Shown piece by piece: positions 38,060-50,079 of a stretch of DNA of 64,000 bases. The notes beneath the pieces are model-generated. The model searched no databases and had not been told where the DNA came from. It saw only the letters and a program-made list of their open reading frames with translations. The DNA is taken from contig CAWFND010000008.1 in NCBI GenBank assembly GCA_963817095.1, positions 388,059 through 452,058 on the forward strand, in the 5' to 3' direction. The DNA comes from an uncultured Chloroflexia bacterium (lineage in GTDB: Bacteria; Chloroflexota; Limnocylindria; Limnocylindrales; CSP1-4). The position numbers and the translations under genes are program-made. Position 1 is the first letter of the stretch. Each line of letters starts with the position of its first letter.

Positions 38060-39505
38060 TCAGATCTTCAGCATCACGTGCTTGACGACCGTGTAGTCCT
38101 CGATCGCGTACATCGACTGGTCCTTGCCGTATCCCGACTCCTTGAACCCGCCGTGGGGCATCTCGGACACGAGCATGAAGTGGTCGTTGATCCAGACCGT
38201 CCCGAACTGGATCGCCTTCGCGACGCGCATGCCGCGACCGGCGTCCTGCGTCCAGACGGACGCCGCCAGGCCGAACCGGACGTCGTTGGCCCAGGCGATC
38301 GCCTGGTCCTCGTCCGTGAATCGCTGGATCGTGACGACGGGGCCGAAGACCTCGTCCTGGACGATCTCCGACTTCTGGTCGGGGCCGGCGATGACCGTCG
38401 GCTCATAGAAGGCGCCCGGCCGGCTCGGGCGGACGCCGCCCGTCGTGATCTCCGATCCGGCGCGGGCCCGGTCGACCATTCCCTCGACCTTGTCGGCCTG
38501 GGCCTGGGCGATCAACGAGCCCATCTCCAGGTCGTCGGCCTCGGCCGGATCGCCCCAGCGGATCGACTTCACCTGGTCGGTCAGCTCCGAGACGAAGCTG
38601 TCGTAGATCTTCGGCCCGGCGATCACCCGGGTCGCCGCGGTGCAGTCCTGGCCGCTGTTCCAGTAGCCCCACAGCTTGATCTGCTCGGCGACGCTCGCGG
38701 CATCGGCGTCGTCGAAGATGATGACCGGCGCCTTGCCGCCGAGCTCCAGGTGGAGCCGCTTGACGCGGTCCGCGGCGACCTTGGCGATGTGCTTGCCGGT
38801 GTCGGTGTCGCCGGTGACGGACACCATCCCGATCTTCGGATGGCCGACCAGCGCATCGCCGATCCCCGCGCCCGTTCCCGTGATCACGTTGAGCACGCCC
38901 GGGGGCAGGATGTCGGCGGCGATCTCGGCGAGGACGAGGGCGGTCAGGGGCGTCCGTGCGGACGGCTTCAGGACCACGGTGTTGCCGGCTGCCAGGGCCG
39001 GCCCGATCTTCCAGCCGGCCATCATGATCGGGTAGTTCCACGGCGCGATCGACGCGACGACCCCGACCGGCTCGCGGCGGATCATCGAGGTGTGGCCGGC
39101 CATGTACTCGTTGACGGCCTTGCCTTCCATCACCCGCGCCGCGCCGGCGAAGAACCGGAGATTGTCGACGACGACCGGGATCTCCTCGATCGCGATCGTG
39201 ACCGGCTTGCCGGCGTTCCGGCTCTCGAGCCGGCCGATCTCGTCGGCCCGCGCCTCGATCGCGTCGGCGAGCTTCAGCAGCGCGCCGGACCGTTCGGCCG
39301 GGGTCGCGTGACCCCACGCGGGGAAGGCCTTCTCGGCGGCGTCGGCAGCCCGATCGACATCCTCGGCGGCGCTCTTGGGGACCTTGGCGATCACCTGGTC
39401 GTTCGCCGGGTTGATCACGTCGAGGGTCTCGCCGGATGCCGAATCGACGAACTCGCCGCCGATGAACTGCTGGTACGTCTTGACCCGCTCGAGCGTGTCC
39501 GTCAT
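38060..39505 (-). CDS. NAD-dependent aldehyde dehydrogenase
   Basis: ORF 38060..39505 is intact, with the catalytic segments ELGGKAP and GQDCTAATR and the cofactor site FTGDT-like VTGDTDTG. Confidence 0.9.
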   Translation of the reverse strand: MTDTLERVKTYQQFIGGEFVDSASGETLDVINPANDQVIAKVPKSAAEDVDRAADAAEKAFPAWGHATPAERSGALLKLADAIEARADEIGRLESRNAGKPVTIAIEEIPVVVDNLRFFAGAARVMEGKAVNEYMAGHTSMIRREPVGVVASIAPWNYPIMMAGWKIGPALAAGNTVVLKPSARTPLTALVLAEIAADILPPGVLNVITGTGAGIGDALVGHPKIGMVSVTGDTDTGKHIAKVAADRVKRLHLELGGKAPVIIFDDADAASVAEQIKLWGYWNSGQDCTAATRVIAGPKIYDSFVSELTDQVKSIRWGDPAEADDLEMGSLIAQAQADKVEGMVDRARAGSEITTGGVRPSRPGAFYEPTVIAGPDQKSEIVQDEVFGPVVTIQRFTDEDQAIAWANDVRFGLAASVWTQDAGRGMRVAKAIQFGTVWINDHFMLVSEMPHGGFKESGYGKDQSMYAIEDYTVVKHVMLKI

Positions 39506-39576
39506 CGGGATGCCTCCTCTGCGCGCCGGCGCTCCCGGCCCGCGCGCGGTCGATCGTTCGGGAATGTCCGCCTACG

Positions 39577-40407
39577 TTACGCCGGTCCGGAAGCCCGTTC
39601 CGACTGGCGCGCCCCGCGGGACGCGGCGGACCACGGGATGACGATCCGCTCCGCCACCGCGACGAGCCCGTAGAGGACGATGCTGAGGGCGGCGGTCAGG
39701 ACGATCGCCGCGAAGACGAGGTCCGTCCGGAACGACCGCTGGCTCAGCTGCATCCAGATCCCGAGGCCCTCGGTGGCGCCGACGTACTCCGCGATGACCG
39801 CGGCAACGACCGCGTAGCTGGCGGAGATCCGGAGACCCGTGAAGAAGCCCGGCAGGCCCGACGGCCAGCGAAGCTTCCGGAACACCTGGCTCGTCGACGC
39901 CCCGAACGATCGGAGGAGATCGGTGGCGTCGGACGGCGTGGACGCGAAGCCGTCGAGGAGTGCGATCGTGATCGGGAAGAACGTCACCAGAACGACGACG
40001 AGGACCTTGGGCAGCAGCCCGAACCCGAACCAGACGACGATGAGCGGGGCGATCGCGACGATCGGGATCGTCTGCGACCCGACGAGGAGCGGCTCGACGG
40101 CGGTTCGCACCCAGCCGATCCGGTCGAGGGCGACGGCCACGAACGTCGCCGCCAGGATCGAGATCCCGAACCCGACCAGCGTCTCGGTGACCGTGGGCAC
40201 GAGGTGGCGGATCGCCTGGTCGCGGAACTCCCACAACGCGACGAGGACCTGGCTCGGGGCCGGCAGGACGAACGGGCTGACGCCGGACGTTCGCGCGTAG
40301 AGCTCCCAGGCGACGAGGAGGATCGCGATCAGCGCCAGCGGCGGACCGAGACGCCGTCGCCGAGCACCGGCGACCGCCGCCCGTTCCGCCGGCGCGGCAT
40401 CGGTCAC
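39577..40407 (-). CDS. ABC transporter permease (NitT/TauT/ThiX-like)
   Basis: ORF 39577..40407 has six TM helices and the EAA-type loop SFGASTSQVFRKLRWPSGLP. It overlaps the upstream binding-protein gene by 4 nt. Confidence 0.8.
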   Translation of the reverse strand: MTDAAPAERAAVAGARRRRLGPPLALIAILLVAWELYARTSGVSPFVLPAPSQVLVALWEFRDQAIRHLVPTVTETLVGFGISILAATFVAVALDRIGWVRTAVEPLLVGSQTIPIVAIAPLIVVWFGFGLLPKVLVVVLVTFFPITIALLDGFASTPSDATDLLRSFGASTSQVFRKLRWPSGLPGFFTGLRISASYAVVAAVIAEYVGATEGLGIWMQLSQRSFRTDLVFAAIVLTAALSIVLYGLVAVAERIVIPWSAASRGARQSERASGPA

Positions 40408-41555
40408 GGCAGGAAGTCGTTCGTGAAGAGCCCGGCGTAGTCGGGCGCGGTCCCAAGCGGTTTCCCGCTCGCATCGGTCAGCAGCTTCTGGTCGAACAGG
40501 AACTTCGAGTAACCCGTCCAGCGCTCCAGCGTCTGGGTGCCCGCGACCCCGTTCGCGTCGACGAGATAGCCGCCGGCCGCGAGGAACTCCTGGCTCGCCT
40601 TCGGCAGGTCCGGGTTGGCGTCAAAGGCGCCCGCGTTCTCCGCGACGAGCATCGCCGCCGCCTCGTCCGGGTGGTCGTTCGAGAACTGCAGCCCGCGGAC
40701 GGTCGCCCCGACGAACCGCTTCGCGGCATCCGGATCCTTCTCCAGCCACTGGCGGTCGCACGCCAGGACGACCTGGTAGAACTCCGGGAACCCGTAGTCG
40801 CTGAACTGGAAGTAGCGCAGGTCGATCTGTCGCTGGGTCGCCTCGACCCCCTCCCACGCCGTGAACGGGATCGTGAAGTCGGCCTTCTTGCTGTACAGCG
40901 CCTCGTACGCCGCCGCGTCGAGCGTCGCGACCGTGAAGTCGCCCGTTCCACCGTCCGCCTGGATGACGGCCTTGAGGGTCGGCACCTCGTTCGGGTAGCC
41001 GAAGCCCGCGTACGTCTTGCCATCGAGGTCCCGCGGCCGCTGGATCGGACCGCCGGCAAGGACCCCGATCGCCGACGCGGTCTTCTGGAGGATCGCCGCA
41101 ACGCTCACGATGTCGGCGCCGGCGGCGACGGCGAACGTCAGGGAGTCCTGGAAGCTGATCCCGCACTCGGCCTGGTGCGCAGCCAGCAGCGTCTCCGGCG
41201 TGGCAGTGGCGTATGGCAGGACCTCAAGGTCGATCCCGGCGTCGCGGTACCAGCCCTCGTGCCGAGCGACGAAGAACCCGGTGTGATCCGTGTTCGGCGT
41301 CCAGTCGAGGGCGAGGCGGACGGTGGTCGGCGCACCGGCGAACGGCGTCGCCGCGGCCGATCCGATCGGGCCGGAGCCGGACGAAGTCCCACTCGATGTC
41401 CGCGCCGGCTCGGTCGCGGACGCCGCGCAGGGTGGCCGCGAAGCGAGCGACGCCGACCCGCAGGCGGCCGAGGGGACAGCCGGCGTGGTTCCAGCCGGCG
41501 CGCAGCCTCCAAGCAGCGCGACGGCGATCAGGACGGTTGGTGCCAGATGCTTCAT
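40404..41555 (-). CDS. ABC substrate-binding lipoprotein, NMT1/THI5 (ThiY)-like
   Basis: ATG at 41555 within ORF 40404..42245, with the lipobox LLGGC. LALDWTPNTDHTGFFVA is typical of the NMT1/THI5 fold, and a TPP riboswitch precedes the gene. Confidence 0.8.
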   Translation of the reverse strand: MKHLAPTVLIAVALLGGCAPAGTTPAVPSAACGSASLASRPPCAASATEPARTSSGTSSGSGPIGSAAATPFAGAPTTVRLALDWTPNTDHTGFFVARHEGWYRDAGIDLEVLPYATATPETLLAAHQAECGISFQDSLTFAVAAGADIVSVAAILQKTASAIGVLAGGPIQRPRDLDGKTYAGFGYPNEVPTLKAVIQADGGTGDFTVATLDAAAYEALYSKKADFTIPFTAWEGVEATQRQIDLRYFQFSDYGFPEFYQVVLACDRQWLEKDPDAAKRFVGATVRGLQFSNDHPDEAAAMLVAENAGAFDANPDLPKASQEFLAAGGYLVDANGVAGTQTLERWTGYSKFLFDQKLLTDASGKPLGTAPDYAGLFTNDFLP

Positions 41556-41605
41556 GCGACTCGTTTCTGGTCGTGGAACGGCGATGCCGCCCCGGGGTGC
41601 CGGGA

Positions 41606-41708
41606 CGGCGTCGAGTCGCATGGGCCTGCTTCCTTCGCTGGTATGAGCCAGATCAGGTTCGGCGGGTCTGTGGTCGAGCCACACTCTCAGCGCGTTCGCG
41701 CTCCCCGG
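41606..41708 (-). promoter_or_regulatory. TPP (THI-box) riboswitch
   Basis: The minus strand reads GGGGAGCGCGAACGCGCUGAGAGUGUGGCUCGACCACAGACCCGCCGAACCUGAUCUGGCUCAUACCAGCGAAGGAAGC. The CUGAGA, ACCC, GAACCUGAUCUGG and ACCAGCG-AGGAA cores all match the consensus. Confidence 0.85.
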
Positions 41709-41843
41709 AGGCGATCTTCGATTGTGGGACGAGTCTAGCACCGGGCTCCCGTCCGCCCGGCCGGTCGACCGACGGTCCCGGGCCTTCGGTCCAATCGGCA
41801 CTGTGGGGCGCGGCCGTGGCGCATGCGACCGTAGGCTGGTCCG

Positions 41844-44412
41844 ATGACCGCTTCCAACCCCAGTCTGGTGTCCGGCCCCGCGACGCCCGTACCGCCGGGA
41901 CAGGATGCGTTCGCCCGTCCGGCGGAGGACGTCGCGTCCGAGCTCGATGTGGACATCGCCCGCGGGTTGACGACCGATGAAGCCGCCGAGCGCGCGGCCC
42001 GGAGCGGGCCCAACGCGATCGAGGCGGAGAAGCGTCCGCGCGTCTGGCGGATGGTCCTGGAGGCCGCGACCGAGCCGTTCATCATCCTGCTGGCGGTCGC
42101 GGGGCTCGGGGCGGTCCTCCTCGGCGAGGTCCGGGACGGGCTCCTGATCCTGGCCGGCCTGCTCCCGATCGTCGTCGCCGACGTCGTGACGGAGTACCGC
42201 GGCGAGCGTGCGCTCGAGGCGCTGCGGGACGCGTCCGCGCCGCACGCCAACGTCCGCCGTGACGCGGTGGTCGTGGACCTCCCGGCCGCCGAGCTCGTGC
42301 CCGGCGATGTCGTGCTGCTGCGCGTCGGCGACGTCGTGCCGGCCGACCTCCGGGTGGCGAGGGCAGAACGCCTCGTCCTGGACCGCAGCGTCCTCACGGG
42401 CGAGTCGGTGCCGGAGCCGGCCCGGGTGGAGCCGGACCCGGCCGACGCCGACCTCGCCGATCGGCGCGCGGTGGCGTACTCGGGCACGAGCGTCGTCGCG
42501 GGACGCGGCGAGGGAGTCGTGGTCGCCATCGGCGCGTCGACCGAGGTCGGACGGATCGCCGGCGGACTGCGCGGGAGCGAGCGCCGCCGCTCACCGCTCC
42601 AGCGCGAGCTCGACCGACTGGTGCGGATCCTGCTCGTCGTGGCGGTCGGGCTGATCGCCATCGTCACGGGGCTGGGCTTCGCCCGGGGCAACCCGGCCGG
42701 CGAGAACCTGCTGGCCGGCATCTCGGCGGCGATCGCCGCGATCCCGGAGGAGCCGCCGGTCCTTCTCGCGGTGATCCTCGGGCTCGGCGCCTATCGGCTC
42801 CTCAAGCGGAACGTGCTCGTCCGCCGGCTGAACGCCGAGGAGGTGCTCGGCGCGGTCGACCTCGTCGTCACCGACAAGACCGGCACCCTCACCCAGAATC
42901 GCCTCGACGTCGCCTCGATCGCCGACCTCGGCGGTCCCGTCACCGACCTCGACCGCCGGCTGGAGCTGCTGACCCTCGCGCTCCGCTCGGAGGACGACGC
43001 GTGGCAGCGCGCCGACGGCGCCGGCGTGAACTCGTTCACCCGCGTCCTCGCCCGGGCCGTGGACGAGGCGGGCGGAAACGCCACGCTCGACGCCTCGGAG
43101 CTCGTCGTCCGCGGAGCCCGCGGCGGACGATCGCCCGTGGTCGTCGACGACCGGGCGCCGGAATGGCGGGACCGAGCGACTGGTGCTGGGCGCACCGGAG
43201 GCGGTGGCGGACCTCGCGCTCGGGCGCGATGGATCCGAGCGGGCACGCTGGCACGCGGCGATCGAAGGGGCGGCGAGTCACGGTGAGCGGCTCCTCGGGC
43301 TCGCCCGCTGGGAGGACGGCCGTTCGACGATGGAGGCGCTGATCGGCTTTGCCGATCCCCTCCGGCCCGGCATGCGCGAGGCCACGTCCGCGGCCCATGA
43401 CGCCGGCATCCAGGTCCTGGTCGTCACCGGCGACCACCAGACGACCGCCCGGGCGATCGCCGGCCAGGCCGGGATCGTGGACGGCGAGATTGCCGTGGGC
43501 CAGGAGCTGGCCGGGTGGTCGGACGAGCAGCTCGCCGCCCAGCTGCCGACGCTCTCGGTCGTGGCCCGCTCGACGCCCGACCAGAAGCGCCGGATCGTCC
43601 AGGTCGCACGGGCCCTCGGGCGGCAGGTGGCCGTGACCGGCGACGGCGTGAACGACGCGCCCGCCCTGCACGGCGCGGACGTGGCGGTCGCGATGGGAAG
43701 CGGGACGGCGGTCGCGAAGGAGGCGTCGGACCTCGTCCTGGGTGACGACTCGTTCGCGACGCTCATCTTCGGGATCGGCGAGGGGCGCCGGATCGTCGAC
43801 AACGTCCAGAAGGGCCTGGTCTTCCTCGTCTCGACCCACGTCGCCCTGCTCGGGTTCCTCCTGATCGCGACGCTGGCCGGCTTCAGCCAACCCCTTCTGC
43901 CGATCCAGATCCTGTGGCTCGAGCTGTTCATCGACCTGTCCACGTCGGTCGCGTTCGAGCGCGAACCCCCGGAGCCGAACCTGATGAGGCGGCGGCCGCG
44001 GGCCATGACCGTGCCCCTCCTGACCAATGGCCTGCTCGGTCGGATCACGATCGCCGGCGGCTTCAGCGCGGTCGCGGCGCTGTGGCTGATGGAGAGCCAG
44101 GGCGCGGGCGCGGAGCACGCCCGGTGGCTCGCCTACACCGCGCTCGTCTGCGCCCAGGCGGTCCGGGCCTACAGCAACCGGAGCCTCACCGAGCCGCTCC
44201 ACCGGCTCGGGATGAACGGCTTCCTGCTCAGCGCGAGCATCCTGACGATCATGGTCCAGGCGGCGATCCCGCTGATCCCGCCGCTCGCAGAGGCGTTCCG
44301 CGCGACCCGCCTCGACGGGCAGGACTGGCTGCTGGTCGCCCTGATCGCGGTGGCGCCGGCGATCGTCGCCGAGGTGATCCGGACGCTCCGCCGCGGTCCG
44401 TGGGTCGCCTAG
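41844..44412 (+). pseudogene. cation-transporting P-type ATPase (type II-like), one frameshift near 43120
   Basis: ORF 41844..43286 (TGESVP, DKTGTLT) and ORF 43183..44412 (TGDHQTTA, VTGDGVNDAPAL) are in different frames. They join within ...ASELVVR / DDRPWSSTT...LGAPE. Confidence 0.8.
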
Positions 44413-45272
44413 CCTACCGAGCCCGCTGTCGTCCGGGCCGCTGCGGCGCCCAGGGTGCCGCGGACCCAGGCCACCGCGTCGTCGATCACCTGTGGACCTT
44501 CGGGCTCGTTGTGGCTCTCGTGGCGGAGACCCGGGTACGTCCGGCGGGTGACGTTGGGCAGGGCCGCAAACGGCTCGCTCACCGGCGTCGGGACCAACCG
44601 GTCGTCCTCGCCGTGGTACACGAGCGTCGGGATCGTCAGCCGGTGGAGGGCGGCCAGTGCCCGCTCCTGCTCCGCGAACCCGAGCGCCCCCAGGCGGACG
44701 GTGGACGCGTGGTGGTTCAGCTCGTCGGCCAGGTAGGCCTCCGCGACCAGCGGGTCGCGGGACAGGACCGAGCCGTCGAACGCGTTCTTCAGCGCCAGGG
44801 TCGGCTTCACACGGTTCAGGACCTTCGCGGCCGAACGCTGCCACGCCGGGAGCGCGTCGCCGACGGCGGGCGCGCTGAGGATCAGCCGGTCCGGCAACGG
44901 TCGCGGCGGGTCGGCGACCGCGTAGCCGAACGCGATCAGCCCGCCGAGCGAGTGCCCGAAGAGGATCACCGGCCGGTCGCCGGCGGCAGCGCGGACGGAG
45001 GCCAACAGCTCTTCGACGTCGTCATGGTGGTGGCTCCACTCCTCGACCCAGGCCCGTCGGCCGCCGGACGCCCCGAACCCGCGGAGGTCGAACGAGGTGG
45101 CGTCGATCCCCGCGTCCGCGAACCAGCCACCGACGTGCTCGTAGCGCCCGGAGTGCTCGCCCAGGCCGTGGACGATCAGGACGTGCGCCCACGGCTCGTC
45201 ACCCGCGTCCCAGTCCCGGACCAGGAGGGCCGTGCCGTCGGGCGTGGTCGCCGTGCGGGTCGTGCTCGTCAC
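44409..45272 (-). CDS. alpha/beta hydrolase (lysophospholipase/monoglyceride lipase-like)
   Basis: ORF 44409..45272 is intact, with HGLGEHSGRY and the nucleophile elbow GHSLGG. Confidence 0.75.
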   Translation of the reverse strand: MTSTTRTATTPDGTALLVRDWDAGDEPWAHVLIVHGLGEHSGRYEHVGGWFADAGIDATSFDLRGFGASGGRRAWVEEWSHHHDDVEELLASVRAAAGDRPVILFGHSLGGLIAFGYAVADPPRPLPDRLILSAPAVGDALPAWQRSAAKVLNRVKPTLALKNAFDGSVLSRDPLVAEAYLADELNHHASTVRLGALGFAEQERALAALHRLTIPTLVYHGEDDRLVPTPVSEPFAALPNVTRRTYPGLRHESHNEPEGPQVIDDAVAWVRGTLGAAAARTTAGSVG

Positions 45273-45310
45273 CCGCGCATTCTGGCGGTCGTGGCGGGTA
45301 CGCTGCGGGC

Positions 45311-46126
45311 ATGTCCATCTGGACCGAGGTCGGCGACCGCGTCTTCACCCGTCGCTACGCCTTCTACGACCAGAACATCGGGGCGATCCTCGGTGACGAC
45401 GGCGTCCTGATCGTCGACACGCGGATCTCCCATCGCCAGGCCGACGAGATCCTGTCCGACCTCCGGTCGCTGACCGATCTGCCGGTCCGCGCGGTCGTCA
45501 ACACGCACGGCCACAACGATCACGCGTTCGGCAACCACCGGTTCCGGCCTGCCCCGATCTGGGGACACGCGAGATGCGCCCGGATGATCACCGAGACCGG
45601 CGCCGACCAGATCCGCAAGGTCTCCGCCGCGCTCCCGGACATCGCGGCGGATCTGGCTGAGGTCGTCCTGGACCCGCCGGATCGCACGTTCGACGGCGAG
45701 TCGGCGACCCTCGAGTTCGACGCCGGCGGTCGACGGATCGAGCTCCGCCACCTGGGTCGCGCTCACACCGACAACGACGTGGTCGTCCTCGTCTCCGATG
45801 CCGATGTCCTGTTCGCCGGCGACCTCGTCGAGGCGGGTGCGCCGCCGTTCTTCGGCGACGGCTACCCGATGGAGTGGCCGGCCACGGTCGAGCGGATGGT
45901 CGAGCTCGTGACCGGTGCGGTGGTCCCCGGCCACGGTGACGTCGGCGACAAGGGGTTCGCGGTCCGCTCGATGATCGAGATCCGGACGATCGCGGAGCTG
46001 GCGACCCTCGTCCACGACGGGACGATCAGCATCGACGACGCCGTTCTGCGGACTCCCTACCCGGCCGACACGGCGCGTGCCCCGCTGGAGCGGGCCCTCG
46101 CCCAGCTCCGCGGCGAGCTGGACTGA
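45311..46126 (+). CDS. MBL-fold metallo-hydrolase
   Basis: ORF 45311..46126 is intact, with the metal motif NTHGHNDH. Confidence 0.75.
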   Translation: MSIWTEVGDRVFTRRYAFYDQNIGAILGDDGVLIVDTRISHRQADEILSDLRSLTDLPVRAVVNTHGHNDHAFGNHRFRPAPIWGHARCARMITETGADQIRKVSAALPDIAADLAEVVLDPPDRTFDGESATLEFDAGGRRIELRHLGRAHTDNDVVVLVSDADVLFAGDLVEAGAPPFFGDGYPMEWPATVERMVELVTGAVVPGHGDVGDKGFAVRSMIEIRTIAELATLVHDGTISIDDAVLRTPYPADTARAPLERALAQLRGELD

Positions 46127-46236
46127 GATCGCGCCTCACGCGTGAGCCGGATCGCCACATCGTCGTGGCGCGTCGATCGTCGCCAGACGCAGACCAGGTT
46201 CGTCGCCACGAGGCGACGATCCGGCGATGAACCGGG

Positions 46237-47265
46237 CTACTCCGCGATCCGGACCACCCAGCGACCGCGCGACTCGCCGGCGAGGATCGCATCGAGCGCC
46301 GGCTCCAGCGAGTCGAGCGTGATCTCGGTCACGCCAAGGCCGCCGTCGCCCGCCACGTCGAGCCCGTTCGGTCGCAGATCCGTGGCGATCCGGCCCCAGA
46401 GCGCGCGCCGGTCCTCGATGGCCATGTTCGCCGAGTCCATCCCGAGCAGCGCCACACCCCGGAGGATGAACGGCAGGACCGTCGTCGTGAGCCCGGCCCC
46501 GCCGGCGTTCCCGGACGAAGCGACCGCGCCGCCGGGCCGAAGCGTCCGGAGGACGTAGGGCAGCGTCGCCGCGCCGACCGTGTCGACCGCGCCGGCCCAG
46601 CGCGCCGACTCGAGCGGACGGGCGCTCCCCGTCGTGCACTCCTCGCGCGGGACCGTCCCGGTCGCGCCGAGTCCGAGGAGCCGGCCCTCCTCCGACGACT
46701 TCCCGGTCGCGGCCCAGACCTCGTGGCCCCGGGCGGCAAGGATCGCGACCGCCACGCTGCCGACGCCGCCGCTCGCGCCGGTCACGAGGACCGGCCCGTC
46801 GCCCGGCTTCAGGCCGTAGCGCTCGAGCGCCGCGACGGACATCGCGGCCGTGAAGCCCGCCGTCCCAACGGACATCGCTTCGCGGGCGGTCAGAGCCGAA
46901 GGCAGCGGCACCACGTAGCCGGCCGGCAGACGCGTGAACTGGCCGTAGCCGCCGTGTCGCGCGACCCCGAGGTCGTAGCCGTGGGCGAGCACGTTCTCCC
47001 CGACGGACACCGTCGGGTCGGTCGAATCGACGACGACGCCCGCCAGGTCGATCCCCGGGATCAGCGGGTTGATCCGGGCGACCTTGCCGTTCGCGATCGT
47101 CGCGAGCCCGTCCTTGTAGTTGACGCTCGACCAGTCGATCCGGACCTCGACCTCGCCGGGTGCCAGGTCCGCGGAGGCGAAGTCGCGGATCTGGCGCATC
47201 ACCAGCTCGCCCCCCGCCACGGACTCGGCGACGAAGGCGCGGAAGGTCGTGGGGATCGCGGTCAT
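46237..47265 (-). CDS. YhdH/AcuI-type NADPH:quinone / acrylyl-CoA reductase (MDR family)
   Basis: ORF 46237..47265 is intact, with SVNYKDGLA, PGIDLAGVV and VTGASGGVGS. Confidence 0.8.
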   Translation of the reverse strand: MTAIPTTFRAFVAESVAGGELVMRQIRDFASADLAPGEVEVRIDWSSVNYKDGLATIANGKVARINPLIPGIDLAGVVVDSTDPTVSVGENVLAHGYDLGVARHGGYGQFTRLPAGYVVPLPSALTAREAMSVGTAGFTAAMSVAALERYGLKPGDGPVLVTGASGGVGSVAVAILAARGHEVWAATGKSSEEGRLLGLGATGTVPREECTTGSARPLESARWAGAVDTVGAATLPYVLRTLRPGGAVASSGNAGGAGLTTTVLPFILRGVALLGMDSANMAIEDRRALWGRIATDLRPNGLDVAGDGGLGVTEITLDSLEPALDAILAGESRGRWVVRIAE

Positions 47266-47384
47266 GACATCAGCCTACGACGACGCGGTCCACGAGACGC
47301 CAAGGTTGCAAATCGGTCGCTCGGGTTGACGGATCGCGATGCCCCGGGCGAGCATCGCCGGGCGATGACCACCCACGACCGTTC

Positions 47385-47478
47385 CATGTGTATGCGCTGG
47401 CGGCCCCGCCGTGCGGAGGATGGGGTCTGAGGTCGCGCGCAACCTGACAACGAGCGCGGGGCCACAGACCAGGTCCCG
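47385..47478 (+). promoter_or_regulatory. candidate SAM-responsive (S-box-like) aptamer
   Basis: GCGGAGGAUGGGGUCUGAGGUCGCGCGCAACC...GGGGCCACAGACC resembles the SAM-I core (GAGGGA..GGCCC..UGA..GGCAACC..GGUGCCAA.UCC). It lies upstream of metY-metX and directly before a terminator. I could not resolve the fold by hand. Confidence 0.4.
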
Positions 47479-47480
47479 GG

Positions 47481-47515
47481 GCCGCGGATCCTGAAACCAG
47501 GAGCCGCGGCTTTTT
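47481..47515 (+). terminator. intrinsic terminator in the metY leader (attenuator)
   Basis: GCCGCGGATCCTG-AAAC-CAGGAGCCGCGGC (12 bp, one mismatch) is followed by TTTTT, 97 nt upstream of the metY start. Confidence 0.7.
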
Positions 47516-47611
47516 CGTTCCTCCGACAACCACGACGGGTGACCGCCGACCCCGAGCCCACCGGGATCGCCACCACCAGCCACCTGTCGACGCCCCATGG
47601 AGGAACCTCCA

Positions 47612-50014
<2,403 letters not shown>

Positions 50015-50048
50015 CGACGCGGGCGCCGCGGCGTGGGGCCGAGGACCC

Positions 50049-50073
50049 GAGAAGCCGAGAAACCTCGGCTCTC
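50049..50073. terminator. hairpin between convergent metX and LCP genes
   Basis: GAGAAGCCGAG-AAAC-CTCGGCTCTC (one bulge). There is no clear U-tract. Confidence 0.35.
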
Positions 50074-50079
50074 AGCCCG

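Noticed and set aside
46127-46236. Two short GC hairpins (CGCCAC-ATCGTC-GTGGCG and TCGTCGCC-ACGA-GGCGACGA) between convergent genes, considered as terminators.
   Set aside because: There is no U-tract on either strand and the stems are only 6-8 bp, so the support is too weak to annotate.
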